Source: an uncultured Parachlamydiaceae bacterium
GTDB lineage: Bacteria; Chlamydiota; Chlamydiia; Chlamydiales; Parachlamydiaceae
Direction: 5' to 3'
NCBI GenBank assembly: GCA_963742415.1
Contig: CAVULX010000003.1
Location: forward strand, 1 to 64,000
Length of the DNA stretch: 64,000 bases
Both the position numbers and the translations under genes were made by a program. The notes under the pieces are model-generated. The model was not told the DNA's origin. It saw nothing but the letters and a program-made list of their open reading frames with translations, and made no database searches. Positions 30,528-40,203 of this stretch are shown in pieces. Within the stretch, counting starts at the first letter, position 1; the number at the start of each line of letters is the position of its first letter.

Positions 30528-31652
30528 ATGTTTATTAATGGCATGTATGGAATTCCAAGTAGTGTAAGAGTAATAAGTTGCAGCGGAGCTCCGGTTCTAT
30601 CAAATAAGGCTAATGGTTTAGACGCGACTAAATATTTTGAAAACTACGGCTCAGCCATCTCATTTCCCTGTAAAAGCAGGGCATGTAAGAACCTTACAAG
30701 CATGGAAAAATTACCTGATTCTTTCCAAGTTGCCTTGGAAATCCACTCAGTTTCGTTGCTAAGAATTTATGGTCAACACCCAGTTCCCTTTGCATCTTAT
30801 CTTCCGCAAGCATCTGATCGCGATGTCACTAATAAATTAGAAAGTTTGCTGGACTTCTGCAAAAAATACGAACCTAATAAAGCAAGCATTTTGCTAAGTA
30901 ACTACTTATCTCAGCTGGAAACACCCTCCTCTAAAGCTTCTTCAATATGGGATAATGTAGAGTCTCCTGAGAAACACATTGAATTACTTTACGAGCTTAG
31001 CAATTGCATGATTGACAATTTTTACAAAGCGAAAACTTTGAAAATAAAAATGAACGAGGATGAGTTTGTTATTGCACTACACAACGTGTTAGCAATTATG
31101 GGGAAATTGACCCTCCGCTTGCCAGAAACAAAACCAGAGGATAATCAAATCAAAGATTATATTATCGATGTTAATTCCTTTACCTCTTGGTCTGATAACT
31201 CTGCTATTACACTTTCTAACTCATCTCAGCTTAAGACCATCTCATCTTTGCGTAAAAAGAACATGACAGCCCCAGTTATGAAAGGAATGACTGATATGAG
31301 AAGGCCATTTATTGCCATTAAAGTCAATTGCAATTTAACTAAAGAAAATATTAGCAATATTGCGGGCACTTTCGAGGACACTCGGAGACATTATACAAAA
31401 AATCCTAAATTAGAACAAATTCTTGTGCTTTATCAAGGTCAACCTCTTCAACCTTTGATGTGGGACCAGCTGGGTCGTGGTGGTTCATTTGAAACACCCC
31501 AATTCTTCACATGGAATTTTACCTACGAAGATGATGGTGATGTAACTAAGTCCCAGGAAAATAATTTTAAATCAGTCCAAACCTTGCTAAGAGATGGTGA
31601 AGCCTCCGATCTCCGCGGGCTAAAATGGTACATACCATCAGACCAGACGTAA
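30528..31652 (+). CDS. Hypothetical protein
   Basis: 374-aa uninterrupted ORF after an AT-rich promoter region; no recognised motif. Confidence 0.65.
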   Translation: MFINGMYGIPSSVRVISCSGAPVLSNKANGLDATKYFENYGSAISFPCKSRACKNLTSMEKLPDSFQVALEIHSVSLLRIYGQHPVPFASYLPQASDRDVTNKLESLLDFCKKYEPNKASILLSNYLSQLETPSSKASSIWDNVESPEKHIELLYELSNCMIDNFYKAKTLKIKMNEDEFVIALHNVLAIMGKLTLRLPETKPEDNQIKDYIIDVNSFTSWSDNSAITLSNSSQLKTISSLRKKNMTAPVMKGMTDMRRPFIAIKVNCNLTKENISNIAGTFEDTRRHYTKNPKLEQILVLYQGQPLQPLMWDQLGRGGSFETPQFFTWNFTYEDDGDVTKSQENNFKSVQTLLRDGEASDLRGLKWYIPSDQT

Positions 31653-31812
31653 AAATTTAACTCACAAATCCTTATCAATTCTAAATCGCTTGTTTGGTAA
31701 TGACTATCGATATGATATGCACAGTATCCTAGATTATCTCAATATCATTAAACCCGGCTTGAAGTTGGGTCCTCACAATTTCTCAGACCTAGAGGAATAA
31801 TATTTATATTCT

Positions 31813-31877
31813 ATCACCAAATCGATATTTCTTGATTTGGTGATGTAATTATGATATGATAAATTTATCACCAAATA
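31813..31877. promoter_or_regulatory. Inverted plus direct repeat upstream of the ATPase gene
   Basis: ATCACCAAATC (31813-31823) / GATTTGGTGAT (31834-31844), third half-site at 31868-31877. Confidence 0.45.
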
Positions 31878-31888
31878 AGGATTCTAAA

Positions 31889-33316
31889 ATGCAGCATTCA
31901 TTTGTAGGTCGAAAAAGAGAGCTTCAGATGCTCGGAGAGCTCTTTAAGAAGAAGTCAGCTAGTCTTGTGGTCATTCGGGGAAGACGTCGTATTGGAAAGA
32001 GTCGTCTAGCACAGGAATTTGCTCAAAAAACCCCTCATTATGTTTTTTCTGGGCTTCCACCAACAAGCAGGCATTTCAGCTGCTGATCAAAAGAGAAGAA
32101 TTTGCTCGTCAATTACAACGTGAAATGAAAATCCCTCTTCCAAGAGCTGACGACTGGGGAGATTTGTTTTGGCATTTAGCACAACAGGCTCAAAAAGGAA
32201 AAATTGTTCTTGTTTTAGATGAAATTAGCTGGATGGGTTCAAAAGATCCCACATTTCTTAGGAAAACTCAAAACTGCTTGGGATCTCTATTTCAAAAATA
32301 ATCCTCAGTTAGTTCTTATTCTATGTGGATCAATTTCAAGTTGGATTGAAGAAAATATTCTTAGCAGTACGGGATTTATGGGAAGAATCTCTTTAGACAT
32401 TATTCTGGAAGAACTTCCCTTATATGAATGTAATGAATTTTGGAATGCAGAGCAAGATAGAGTATCAGCTTTTGATAAGCTTAAAGTGCTTTCTGTTATG
32501 GGAGGTGTTCCACGTTATCTTGAAGAAATTTTGCCAAATCAAAGTGCTGAGACAAATATTCAAAGATTGTGTTTTCGAAAAGAAGGTTTTCTTTTTAGTG
32601 AGTTTGAACGAATTTTTTCAGATTTATTCTCATCCAGAAGCGCTATTTACAAAACAATCGTTGAAAGACTTGCAGAAGGTCCTTGTGAGCTTAAAGATAT
32701 TTATACAGCTTTGAAGGTTGAAAAAAACGGACTGGTTTCTGAATACATGGAAGATCTCGTTACAGCAGGGTTTGTTTCTCACGATTTTACATGGCATCTT
32801 AAAACAGGACTAGATTCAAAATTAAGTCATTATCGACTTAAAGATAATTATTTAAGATTTTATCTCAAATATATTGAACCAAACAAAAAGAAAATTGAAA
32901 AACAAGGACTGAAACTACTACCTCAATGGCAATCTGCGATGGGATTGCAATTTGAAAATCTTGTCCTTAGCAATCGAAAAACGGTACAACAAATTCTTGG
33001 TATTGATCCTTCTGAAATTGTGAATGACAATCCATTTTTTCAGCGTAAAGCTAAAAATCGGCAAGGATGCCAAATTGATTACATGATCCAAACAAAATTT
33101 GGAACCTGTTATTTATGCGAAATCAAATTTAGCAGTCAGGAAATTACAAAAAGTGTCATTGATGAAGTAAAACAGAAAATTCAAAGTTTAGCTCTTCCTA
33201 GAAATATCTCTATAAGACCTGTTTTGATTCATGTAAATGGCGTTGATGAATATGTAATGGAAAGTGATTTCTTTTCTTCAATTATCGACTTTAATGATCT
33301 TCTACACAAAAGCTAA
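31889..33316 (+). pseudogene. Archaeal-type ATPase (ATPase_2 plus DUF234-like), frameshifted in the 5' part
   Basis: FVGRKREL, GRRRIGKS, LDEISWM, LCGS, GGVPRYL, GLQFENL, QIDY, CEIK; frame breaks between about 32070 and 32255. Confidence 0.8.
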
Positions 33317-33481
33317 TCCATCCAAGCAATAGGACAAAGGGATAAAGGCTAAAAGCTTCGCATTAAATTCCTCTCTGGCATTTTTTTGAAAAAAGCAGTA
33401 TGTTCCTTCTAAACGAAACGTGAAGATCTGGTCAAAATCAAAGGTGTTTGAATACTCACTAGAATCAAACAAGGAATAATA

Positions 33482-34342
33482 ATGATGAAAAGAAAATTCT
33501 TGCTAACTACGTTGCTAGCGCTAATGCCGCTATTTTCATCTCCATGTGATGAAGCCAGCCACGATCATTGGAAGGCTGAAGAATACTACCAAAACTCCTC
33601 TTCACAAAAAAATGCGGCAGCTGATCTGATGGAGTTTGTGAAAATTAAAGACTATGGAAAAATTTTGGATGTCGGTTGCGGGGATGGAAAAATTACTGCT
33701 GAGATTGCAGCTAAAATTCCACATGGGCAAGTAACCGGTGTTGACATTTCACCTGCTATGATTTCGTTTGCCAAATCGTCATTTACAAAAAAGAACTATC
33801 CCAATCTTCAATTTTTCCTTAAAGATGCTCAAAGCTTAGATTATGAAAATGAGTTCGATATTGTTTTCTCTTTTACAACTTTACAGTGGATCCAAAACCA
33901 TAATGCTTTTCTTCAAGGTGCTCATAAAAGCTTAAAACCTAAGGGTACTTTAGCTGTCACCATGCCAATGGGTCTTCCACACACACTTGAACAAGCCGTT
34001 ACAGAAATTAGTTCTTCTCCGGAATGGTCACCCTATTTTTGCAATTTTTCTACAGGATGGAATTTTGTGGATGATATCCAATATAGAAAACTGCTTGGAT
34101 CCAACCGATTTATTCCTATTAGACTTGCTGTGGTTCCTCAACGAGATATTTTTCCCTCTCGGGAAATTTTTGAAAAATTTATTAGCCAATGGTTTCCTTA
34201 CCTTCGGCCTTTACCACAAAACCTCAAAGACGTTTTTCTAACTCAAGTTGTTGACCGTTTCCTCGAATTAGAGTCTTCTTTCCCAAATGGAGAGGTCCAT
34301 TTCAAAATTCGCCGGCTAGAAGTTATTGCTCTAAAATTCTGA
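33482..34342 (+). CDS. Class I SAM-dependent methyltransferase (Tam-like) with signal-like N-terminus
   Basis: ILDVGCGDG, GVDISPAMI, FDIVFS..TLQW, LKPKG. Confidence 0.85.
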   Translation: MMKRKFLLTTLLALMPLFSSPCDEASHDHWKAEEYYQNSSSQKNAAADLMEFVKIKDYGKILDVGCGDGKITAEIAAKIPHGQVTGVDISPAMISFAKSSFTKKNYPNLQFFLKDAQSLDYENEFDIVFSFTTLQWIQNHNAFLQGAHKSLKPKGTLAVTMPMGLPHTLEQAVTEISSSPEWSPYFCNFSTGWNFVDDIQYRKLLGSNRFIPIRLAVVPQRDIFPSREIFEKFISQWFPYLRPLPQNLKDVFLTQVVDRFLELESSFPNGEVHFKIRRLEVIALKF

Positions 34343-34415
34343 CATTAGAAATAGTTCAAAGGTTCATTATTTTAATTTTGTTGTATTTAATTTATTATAG
34401 ACAGAATAGAGTTGC

Positions 34416-34697
34416 TTAAGCACAACAATTTACTAACTTTGCTAGTGTTTTGATTGTTGGGTTTTTTCCTTTTAGGGCATGATACATCGTTGCTCTAGAT
34501 AAGTCTGTTGCTTGTGCAGCTTTTACCTTATTAACAACTTCCAAGTGAATTTCAATGATCTCTATAACACCTTTCGGATCATTATTTTTTAGGCATTCCC
34601 AGATAGCTTGCGCTATGAATCTTTCGTCGAGCAACCGTTCAGTTGCACTAACTTCTTTCACCGGAGCATTTTTTTTTAATCTCAATTTATTTTTCAT
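34416..34697 (-). CDS. Addiction-module antidote (HI1420-like HTH antitoxin)
   Basis: AQATDLSRATMYHALKGKNPTIKTL helix-turn-helix; overlaps the toxin gene. Confidence 0.8.
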   Translation of the reverse strand: MKNKLRLKKNAPVKEVSATERLLDERFIAQAIWECLKNNDPKGVIEIIEIHLEVVNKVKAAQATDLSRATMYHALKGKNPTIKTLAKLVNCCA

Positions 34698-34989
34698 ATT
34701 CCGTGTACTCTTTAAGGATCTTCTTTGCCTTTGAAATATCGTAGTTTTGGCCATTTTTATTACCTCCTAACAGAAGCAAAATATTGGTCTCAAGTAGGTA
34801 AACATAATAAACTCTACGTCCATTTTTCCATTTTAATTCGTAAACATGATCCCCAACATCATTTATAGTTCCAAAATGTCCTTCCATTTCAATATTTGAA
34901 ATTCTCTTTTCAATCTGGACTTGTGATTTTAAGGTTTCCTTTGCTAACCATTCACTGAATTCACTCGTTCTGATCACTCGATATCGCAT
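34687..34989 (-). CDS. RelE/ParE-family toxin (HI1419-like addiction-module killer)
   Basis: T.EF.EWL, GHFG, VGDHVYELK, GRRVYY, LLLLGGNK..Q..DI.KAK. Confidence 0.85.
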   Translation of the reverse strand: MRYRVIRTSEFSEWLAKETLKSQVQIEKRISNIEMEGHFGTINDVGDHVYELKWKNGRRVYYVYLLETNILLLLGGNKNGQNYDISKAKKILKEYTEYEK

Positions 34990-35158
34990 TTTTTTCCTCT
35001 AAATAAAGTGTATCATATACTAGACATTTAATCACATAAAAAAATGACTTTCTATAAGGATGGGTTGACATTTTGTCAAATTTCTGCTACAATCTTGTGA
35101 ACAAATTTAGTTTTGTTGGGGTCAATGTAAAAAATTACATTATTGCAAGGTAGATCCA

Positions 35159-35788
35159 ATGGATAATGTTTCAAATTTATTAGCTGTGGCTGTTGTCTCT
35201 CTTTTGGCGGCTATTAGCCCTGGCCCCGATTTTTTCATTGTTGTTAGAAATAGCCTTTCTTTTTCTAGAAAAGCGGGTCTTTTGACTGCAGTGGGGGTCT
35301 CCATAGCTTTGATCGTTCACCTTTCCTATACATTAGTTGGATTAGGAATACTCATCGCCGAGAGCCCATTTCTATATACTCTTATAAAATACACGGGTGT
35401 GGGTTATCTTTTTTATCTTGGTTCAAGCGGTTTGATCTCTTCCTTTAAAAAATCAAGCGCAATGGATCTAAGATGCTCCAAATCCGTTAATCAAATTTCT
35501 TCCTTTAAGGCTTTTAGCCACGGTTTTTTAACAAATTTGCTAAATCCTAAAGCAGCTCTATTTTTTGTGAGTTTATTCTCCCAATTTATCGATTCAAATA
35601 CGTCTGGTTTTCTAAGAGTTCAATACGCTTTCATCAATTGGTCTGTCACTTTAGGTTGGTTTCTTTTTCTTTCTTATTTGATTACCTCTAAAGGATTTAT
35701 TGGGAAAATCACTAAGTTCCGAATTTACGTCGATCGAATCATGGGGAGTGCACTTATATTGCTGGGTATTAAGTTGCTTTTTGTTTAA
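35159..35788 (+). CDS. LysE/RhtB family exporter
   Basis: SPGPDF, G..YL.YLG, GFLTNLLNPKA.LFF. Confidence 0.9.
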   Translation: MDNVSNLLAVAVVSLLAAISPGPDFFIVVRNSLSFSRKAGLLTAVGVSIALIVHLSYTLVGLGILIAESPFLYTLIKYTGVGYLFYLGSSGLISSFKKSSAMDLRCSKSVNQISSFKAFSHGFLTNLLNPKAALFFVSLFSQFIDSNTSGFLRVQYAFINWSVTLGWFLFLSYLITSKGFIGKITKFRIYVDRIMGSALILLGIKLLFV

Positions 35789-35789
35789 G

Positions 35790-36237
35790 TAGTGGGTGCT
35801 GAATTCATAACAATTTCCCCTTGAAAATGATGTATGCATGCATTTTTGATCTAAATAAATTTGCAAAGAATATGGCTTTTAGTTTCAAAAGTTTGCAAAT
35901 TTTTTCCTGAAACTGTCCTCTATGAAAGAAGAATTTTATGCCGTCCTTACAGGACTCTGTTTTTTTACATTTTACCCAGGCCTCCGCTTCGCTACGACCT
36001 GGGCTATAACATTTCGGCCTTTCAGGCCGTTTTCAGCGCCGAAGGCGCGGAATATCATAGCCCAGGTCGTAGCGGAGCGAAGGCCTTTCAGGCCGTTTTC
36101 AGCGCCGAAGGCGCGGAATATCATAGCCCAGGTCGTAGCGAAGCGGAGGCCTGGGTAAAATGTAAAAAAACAGAGTCCTGTAAGGACGGCATAAAATTCT
36201 TCTTTCGTCGATATAGACGTTAAATTAGCATCAACTA
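35790..36237 (+). mobile_element. MITE/REP-like element, copy 1
   Basis: Perfect 84-bp arms at 35924-36007 and 36123-36206, internal 66-bp tandem duplication; the whole unit recurs inverted at 63543-63915. Confidence 0.85.
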
Positions 36238-36313
36238 AGTATATTGAATTGTGACAAGACTTAGAGAAAACTCTTAAATTTCTCGTTGTCGCATTAACTC
36301 CGCATCGACTTTT

Positions 36314-36895
36314 TTAATGTTTGTAACGCCAACAACCAATGAAATGATCATTGACCAAACCCACGGCTTGCATGAACGCATAAATGATCGTTGGGCCCAC
36401 AAAAGTCATCCCCCGTTTTTTCAGATCTTTTGATAGGGCTGTGCTTTCGAGTGTAAATGGGGGGACATCTTTAAATTGTTTCCAATGATTAACAATGGGT
36501 TTTCCCTGAACAAATCCCCAAACATAACGATTAAAAGATCCAAATTCTTTTTGAATGCTCAAAAAAACGACTGCATTTTGCCGCGCCGCATAGATTTTCA
36601 GCCTATTGCGAATGATATTTGGATTTTGACGTAATGCTTCTAGATCAGAATCGCGCATGCTAGCAACCTTGGAAGGATCAAAGTTGTGAAAGGCTTTCCG
36701 ATAGGCTTTCCGCCTTTTAAGAATGGTTTCCCAACTTAGGCCGGCTTGTGCTCCTTCGAGAATTAACATTTCAAACAAATGGCGATCATCGTGCACGGGG
36801 ATTCCCCATTCGTTGTCATGATATTCAGTATAAAATTCCTTCCCAGCTTGACCACCAAAACAGCGTTTCTTCCCATCGGTATCTTTTTTCGACAT
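36314..36895 (-). CDS. tag: DNA-3-methyladenine glycosylase I
   Basis: YHDNEWG, LILEGAQAGLSW, IIRNRLKI, FVGPTI.YAFMQAVGLVNDH..C. Confidence 0.95.
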   Translation of the reverse strand: MSKKDTDGKKRCFGGQAGKEFYTEYHDNEWGIPVHDDRHLFEMLILEGAQAGLSWETILKRRKAYRKAFHNFDPSKVASMRDSDLEALRQNPNIIRNRLKIYAARQNAVVFLSIQKEFGSFNRYVWGFVQGKPIVNHWKQFKDVPPFTLESTALSKDLKKRGMTFVGPTIIYAFMQAVGLVNDHFIGCWRYKH

Positions 36896-37055
36896 TTTAT
36901 TCCCCTCGAATGATGACCCCTTATCATAGTTGCAGACGCCGCCAAATTGAAAGAGAAATATCCGGACAGGATGTTCTTCTTGTTTTTATATTGAAATTTA
37001 ATGTTTTTTTTTACATAATAGAAAAACAAAGCAAATTTAATTTAGATAGATTCTT

Positions 37056-37574
37056 ATGAAAAATAAATTAGTTAATTTTTTACTCATTTTTTGTTTAATG
37101 TTTGTTTCGGTCACAACTCAAGTCTTAGCAGATAATAAAACATCCTGGCAAGAAGTGGTGAATTATGCTCGAGAACATTTGCCTCTTGAGGGTCAATTAA
37201 TTGTTAAGTCTGGTGGCTTTGGTTACCTCAAAGTTGATGATGAGTATATTCATACCCTTTTTCCTCTATTAGGACTTGCAGACAGTGGTTATAAAAAACC
37301 ACCTTATTTTAGATCGCATGAATCTCCCGGCGCTCATATAAGTGTATTTTACGAGGATGAAAATGTTATTCCGGATGAAATTGGGCAAACATTCCACTTT
37401 GAACTAAAAAATATTGTTATTGTGCGCGTGTCTAAAACTGTCAGTTATGCTGTTTTACAAGTTGAGTCGCCAGAGTTGGAAGCCTTGCGAGAAAAATATG
37501 GTTTAAGTCCTAAGCTTCATGGGCATGAATATCATATTTCTATAGCAAAAAAAACGATACGCCCTTCTAGATAG
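37056..37574 (+). CDS. Exported 2H-phosphoesterase-like protein
   Basis: Two HxS motifs (AHISV, YHISI), SPELEALREKYGL; signal peptide. Confidence 0.7.
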   Translation: MKNKLVNFLLIFCLMFVSVTTQVLADNKTSWQEVVNYAREHLPLEGQLIVKSGGFGYLKVDDEYIHTLFPLLGLADSGYKKPPYFRSHESPGAHISVFYEDENVIPDEIGQTFHFELKNIVIVRVSKTVSYAVLQVESPELEALREKYGLSPKLHGHEYHISIAKKTIRPSR

Positions 37575-37586
37575 CACCTACTCAAG

Positions 37587-38465
37587 CTAAACTTGGGAAA
37601 ACACTTTTCTCCAGTGAATCAGCAGTTTATTTAAACGGTGTTGAAAAGCCTCCCCATTGCTGCGATAAAGAGCAAGGATACGGTACCGGGAAGGTATCGG
37701 CTGCCACGACACAGGATGAAGTTTGGATTGAGCAGCAAGAAAATCAGGTAAAAAACCCACTTCTGCAGAAGTGGCGCAAATATCCGCTATTAAAGACCAA
37801 CTTGGAAGGCGAGCCTTGACGGCAAGAGGTTGGCTATACACTTGCTGCCACCGTTGTTGGAGCGTAAGCACTTCAATTTGATCTTCTGGTAAAAGAACTG
37901 CCGCCGGAGGAATGTCCAATTTAGTGGAATATAGTTGAAAAGATCCTTTTCCCACTTCCGCGGCGATGACCCCTTCCCAAGGTGCGTTGTCTAGTACCAA
38001 AGCGACATCAGCCTCATCCCTTAAAATGGCCCCATAAGCAAGATCGGGCCTCATCAGCCTAAGTTCTAGAGTTTCCATCGTCAAAATAGTTGGGATAGCC
38101 ACACGCGCGATAGCATGCGTGGTTGCTATACGCATCGGCAAAGGATCCTGGGTAGCCACTGTATCTCGAAGGTGTTTAATCCAGTTTTCCGCTCGCGGCA
38201 AAAGAAGCTGCCCCTCTTTGGTGAGCCTAAACTGCCTTTTTTCGTGGGTGCAAAGAAGTCTGCCAAAAGCCCCCTCCACCCGCTGGATAGCTGCACTTGC
38301 CGCACTCTGGCTGAGGTGGTGCAAAGAGGCGGCCCGCCCTAAATTTTTTAAATGTGCTGCAGTGATAAAAAGTTCCAAATCGGCAATCCTCAGATTACGC
38401 AGGAAGCGGTTTGATCTCTCTTGCTTTTGCGTCGATGGCTTCGATTTTTTGCCGTTTTTTTTCAT
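37587..38465 (-). CDS. LysR family transcriptional regulator
   Basis: AA..HLSQSAASAAIQRVE..FG..L...FRLT.EG helix-turn-helix. Confidence 0.85.
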   Translation of the reverse strand: MKKNGKKSKPSTQKQERSNRFLRNLRIADLELFITAAHLKNLGRAASLHHLSQSAASAAIQRVEGAFGRLLCTHEKRQFRLTKEGQLLLPRAENWIKHLRDTVATQDPLPMRIATTHAIARVAIPTILTMETLELRLMRPDLAYGAILRDEADVALVLDNAPWEGVIAAEVGKGSFQLYSTKLDIPPAAVLLPEDQIEVLTLQQRWQQVYSQPLAVKARLPSWSLIADICATSAEVGFLPDFLAAQSKLHPVSWQPIPSRYRILALYRSNGEAFQHRLNKLLIHWRKVFSQV

Positions 38466-38493
38466 ATAGTTTTTGATCGATCCCTCTATTTTA

Positions 38494-38508
38494 ATCGAAA
38501 ATTTCGAT
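38494..38508. promoter_or_regulatory. LysR-type T-N11-A binding box
   Basis: ATCGAAA-A-TTTCGAT palindrome in the 108-bp divergent intergenic region. Confidence 0.6.
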
Positions 38509-38573
38509 ATTAAAATTCAAATATATCGACAATACAAAATTAAATCAATCATTCATACTAGTTTCAGATTCAA

Positions 38574-39992
38574 ATGAGGTCATTTATGGATATAAGCAGC
38601 AAAATTTTGCAATTTTTTCAGTGGATTTGCCGTTTTAATTTTGGGGATTTCGAGAGGGAAGAATTCAAAAAATTTTTGAGGCTGGGTTTGATTTTCGCTT
38701 TGATTATAGGAGTCTATTGGACGCTCCGCCCATTGAAAGATGCTGTTTTTATTCAATTAGTAGATCGGCTCCATCTTCCTTATGCCAAGACAGTCTCCGT
38801 ACTGGCATTACTCCCCTTTGTTATGTTCTATACGAAACTTTTAGAGAGGACTTCTAGAGAGAAGATGTTGGTCATTTTGCCTGCTTTTTATGGCATTACT
38901 GTCTTATGCTTTGCCGCTCTGATGTCGTGGGCGCAAGCTCCAGCAGAAGAGATCGCAGCCCGTTCATTTTTGCCTTATGTTGCGACAAAAGTGTTAGGAT
39001 ATGTCTGGTATCTATTCGTCGAAAGCTTCGGCTCATTAGTGGTTGCGTTGTTTTGGGCGTTTTCAGCGGATACAACAGAACCCTCCTCAGCTAAACGGGG
39101 ATTTCCACTCGTCGTTGCTCTCGGTCAAATGGGCGGCATCATCTCCCCTTATAGTATAGGCGGGCTTCCCCACAGGCTTGGGCTTAAAACAGATGCACTT
39201 TCTATGGTCTTTTTAGGCGTTTTGATCCTCTTAATTATTCCGTTGATTCACTACTTTCTCAGAGCCACACCCAAAACATTGTTGACCTCCTTTCATGGAA
39301 AAAATGAACAGCAGATAGAACAGGAGCAAGAGCCGGGCTTTTTGGAAGGGCTGAGACTGATGTTAAAACATCGGTATTTGATTGGAATTTTTGCTGCCAA
39401 TTTCATTTATGAAGTTGTCGTCACGATTTTTGATTTTAATTTTAAAATAGCTGCAGGGGCTCAATATACCGGAGTCGCCTTGAGCCATTATCTTAGCCTC
39501 TATGGATCTAGTGTTAATATTGTATCATTGCTTTGCTTATTATTAGGAATCAGCAATATCACCCGTTTTCTTGGTGTGGGGGTTGCTTTAGCTGCAATGC
39601 CGATCATTGTGGGATGCGCCCTTTTTGGTTTTTTGACGATGAATAGCCTTGCATTTCTTTTTGGCCTGATGGTGGGATCGAAAGCGATCAATTATGCTCT
39701 CAATGGACCCGCCTTAAAGCAACTTTATATCCCAACGACTCCCGATGTGCGGTTCAAAGCGCAAGCTTGGATAGAAACATTTGGCTCAAGGGCTTCAAAA
39801 GAAGCAGGCTCCATTTTCAATATGTTATTGACTCCTCTTCAGACAGCATTTGGAGCTTTTTTAGGCCGTTCATATTATTTAATGTTAAGCGGCGTGCTCG
39901 GATTTCCTCTTTTGGCTTTATGGCTCATCGTTGCCATTTTCCTTGGAAAAACCTTTAGAAGAGCCATCGAAAACAAACAAGTTATTTGTTAA
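38574..39992 (+). CDS. NTT/TLC-family nucleotide transport protein (ATP/ADP translocase family)
   Basis: EFKKF, YWTLRPLKD, ALFWAF, AKRGFP, KAINYALN.P..KQLYIP, KAQAWIE.FGSR..K; about 12 transmembrane helices. Confidence 0.85.
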   Translation: MRSFMDISSKILQFFQWICRFNFGDFEREEFKKFLRLGLIFALIIGVYWTLRPLKDAVFIQLVDRLHLPYAKTVSVLALLPFVMFYTKLLERTSREKMLVILPAFYGITVLCFAALMSWAQAPAEEIAARSFLPYVATKVLGYVWYLFVESFGSLVVALFWAFSADTTEPSSAKRGFPLVVALGQMGGIISPYSIGGLPHRLGLKTDALSMVFLGVLILLIIPLIHYFLRATPKTLLTSFHGKNEQQIEQEQEPGFLEGLRLMLKHRYLIGIFAANFIYEVVVTIFDFNFKIAAGAQYTGVALSHYLSLYGSSVNIVSLLCLLLGISNITRFLGVGVALAAMPIIVGCALFGFLTMNSLAFLFGLMVGSKAINYALNGPALKQLYIPTTPDVRFKAQAWIETFGSRASKEAGSIFNMLLTPLQTAFGAFLGRSYYLMLSGVLGFPLLALWLIVAIFLGKTFRRAIENKQVIC

Positions 39993-40203
39993 TTGAGGTC
40001 GATGCTGGGAGCTGAAGGCATTGAGGGGGAAGGCTAGTTATTTTTAAATTTCTGAGCTTTAAAAATGTATTTAATATTGAAATTGAAGAAGAAAATTTCT
40101 CATTAATGTAAAAAAATAAATACAATTGTATTATAATAATTAATAGCATTTTATTTTAATATATGATATAAAATAAGTGTATTTTTTATAAGGAGTTATA
40201 ATT

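Noticed and set aside
35861-36223. ORFs 35861..36223 and 35922..36158 with repeated peptides
   Set aside because: They are translations of the palindromic element and its 66-bp duplication; no RBS or protein features.
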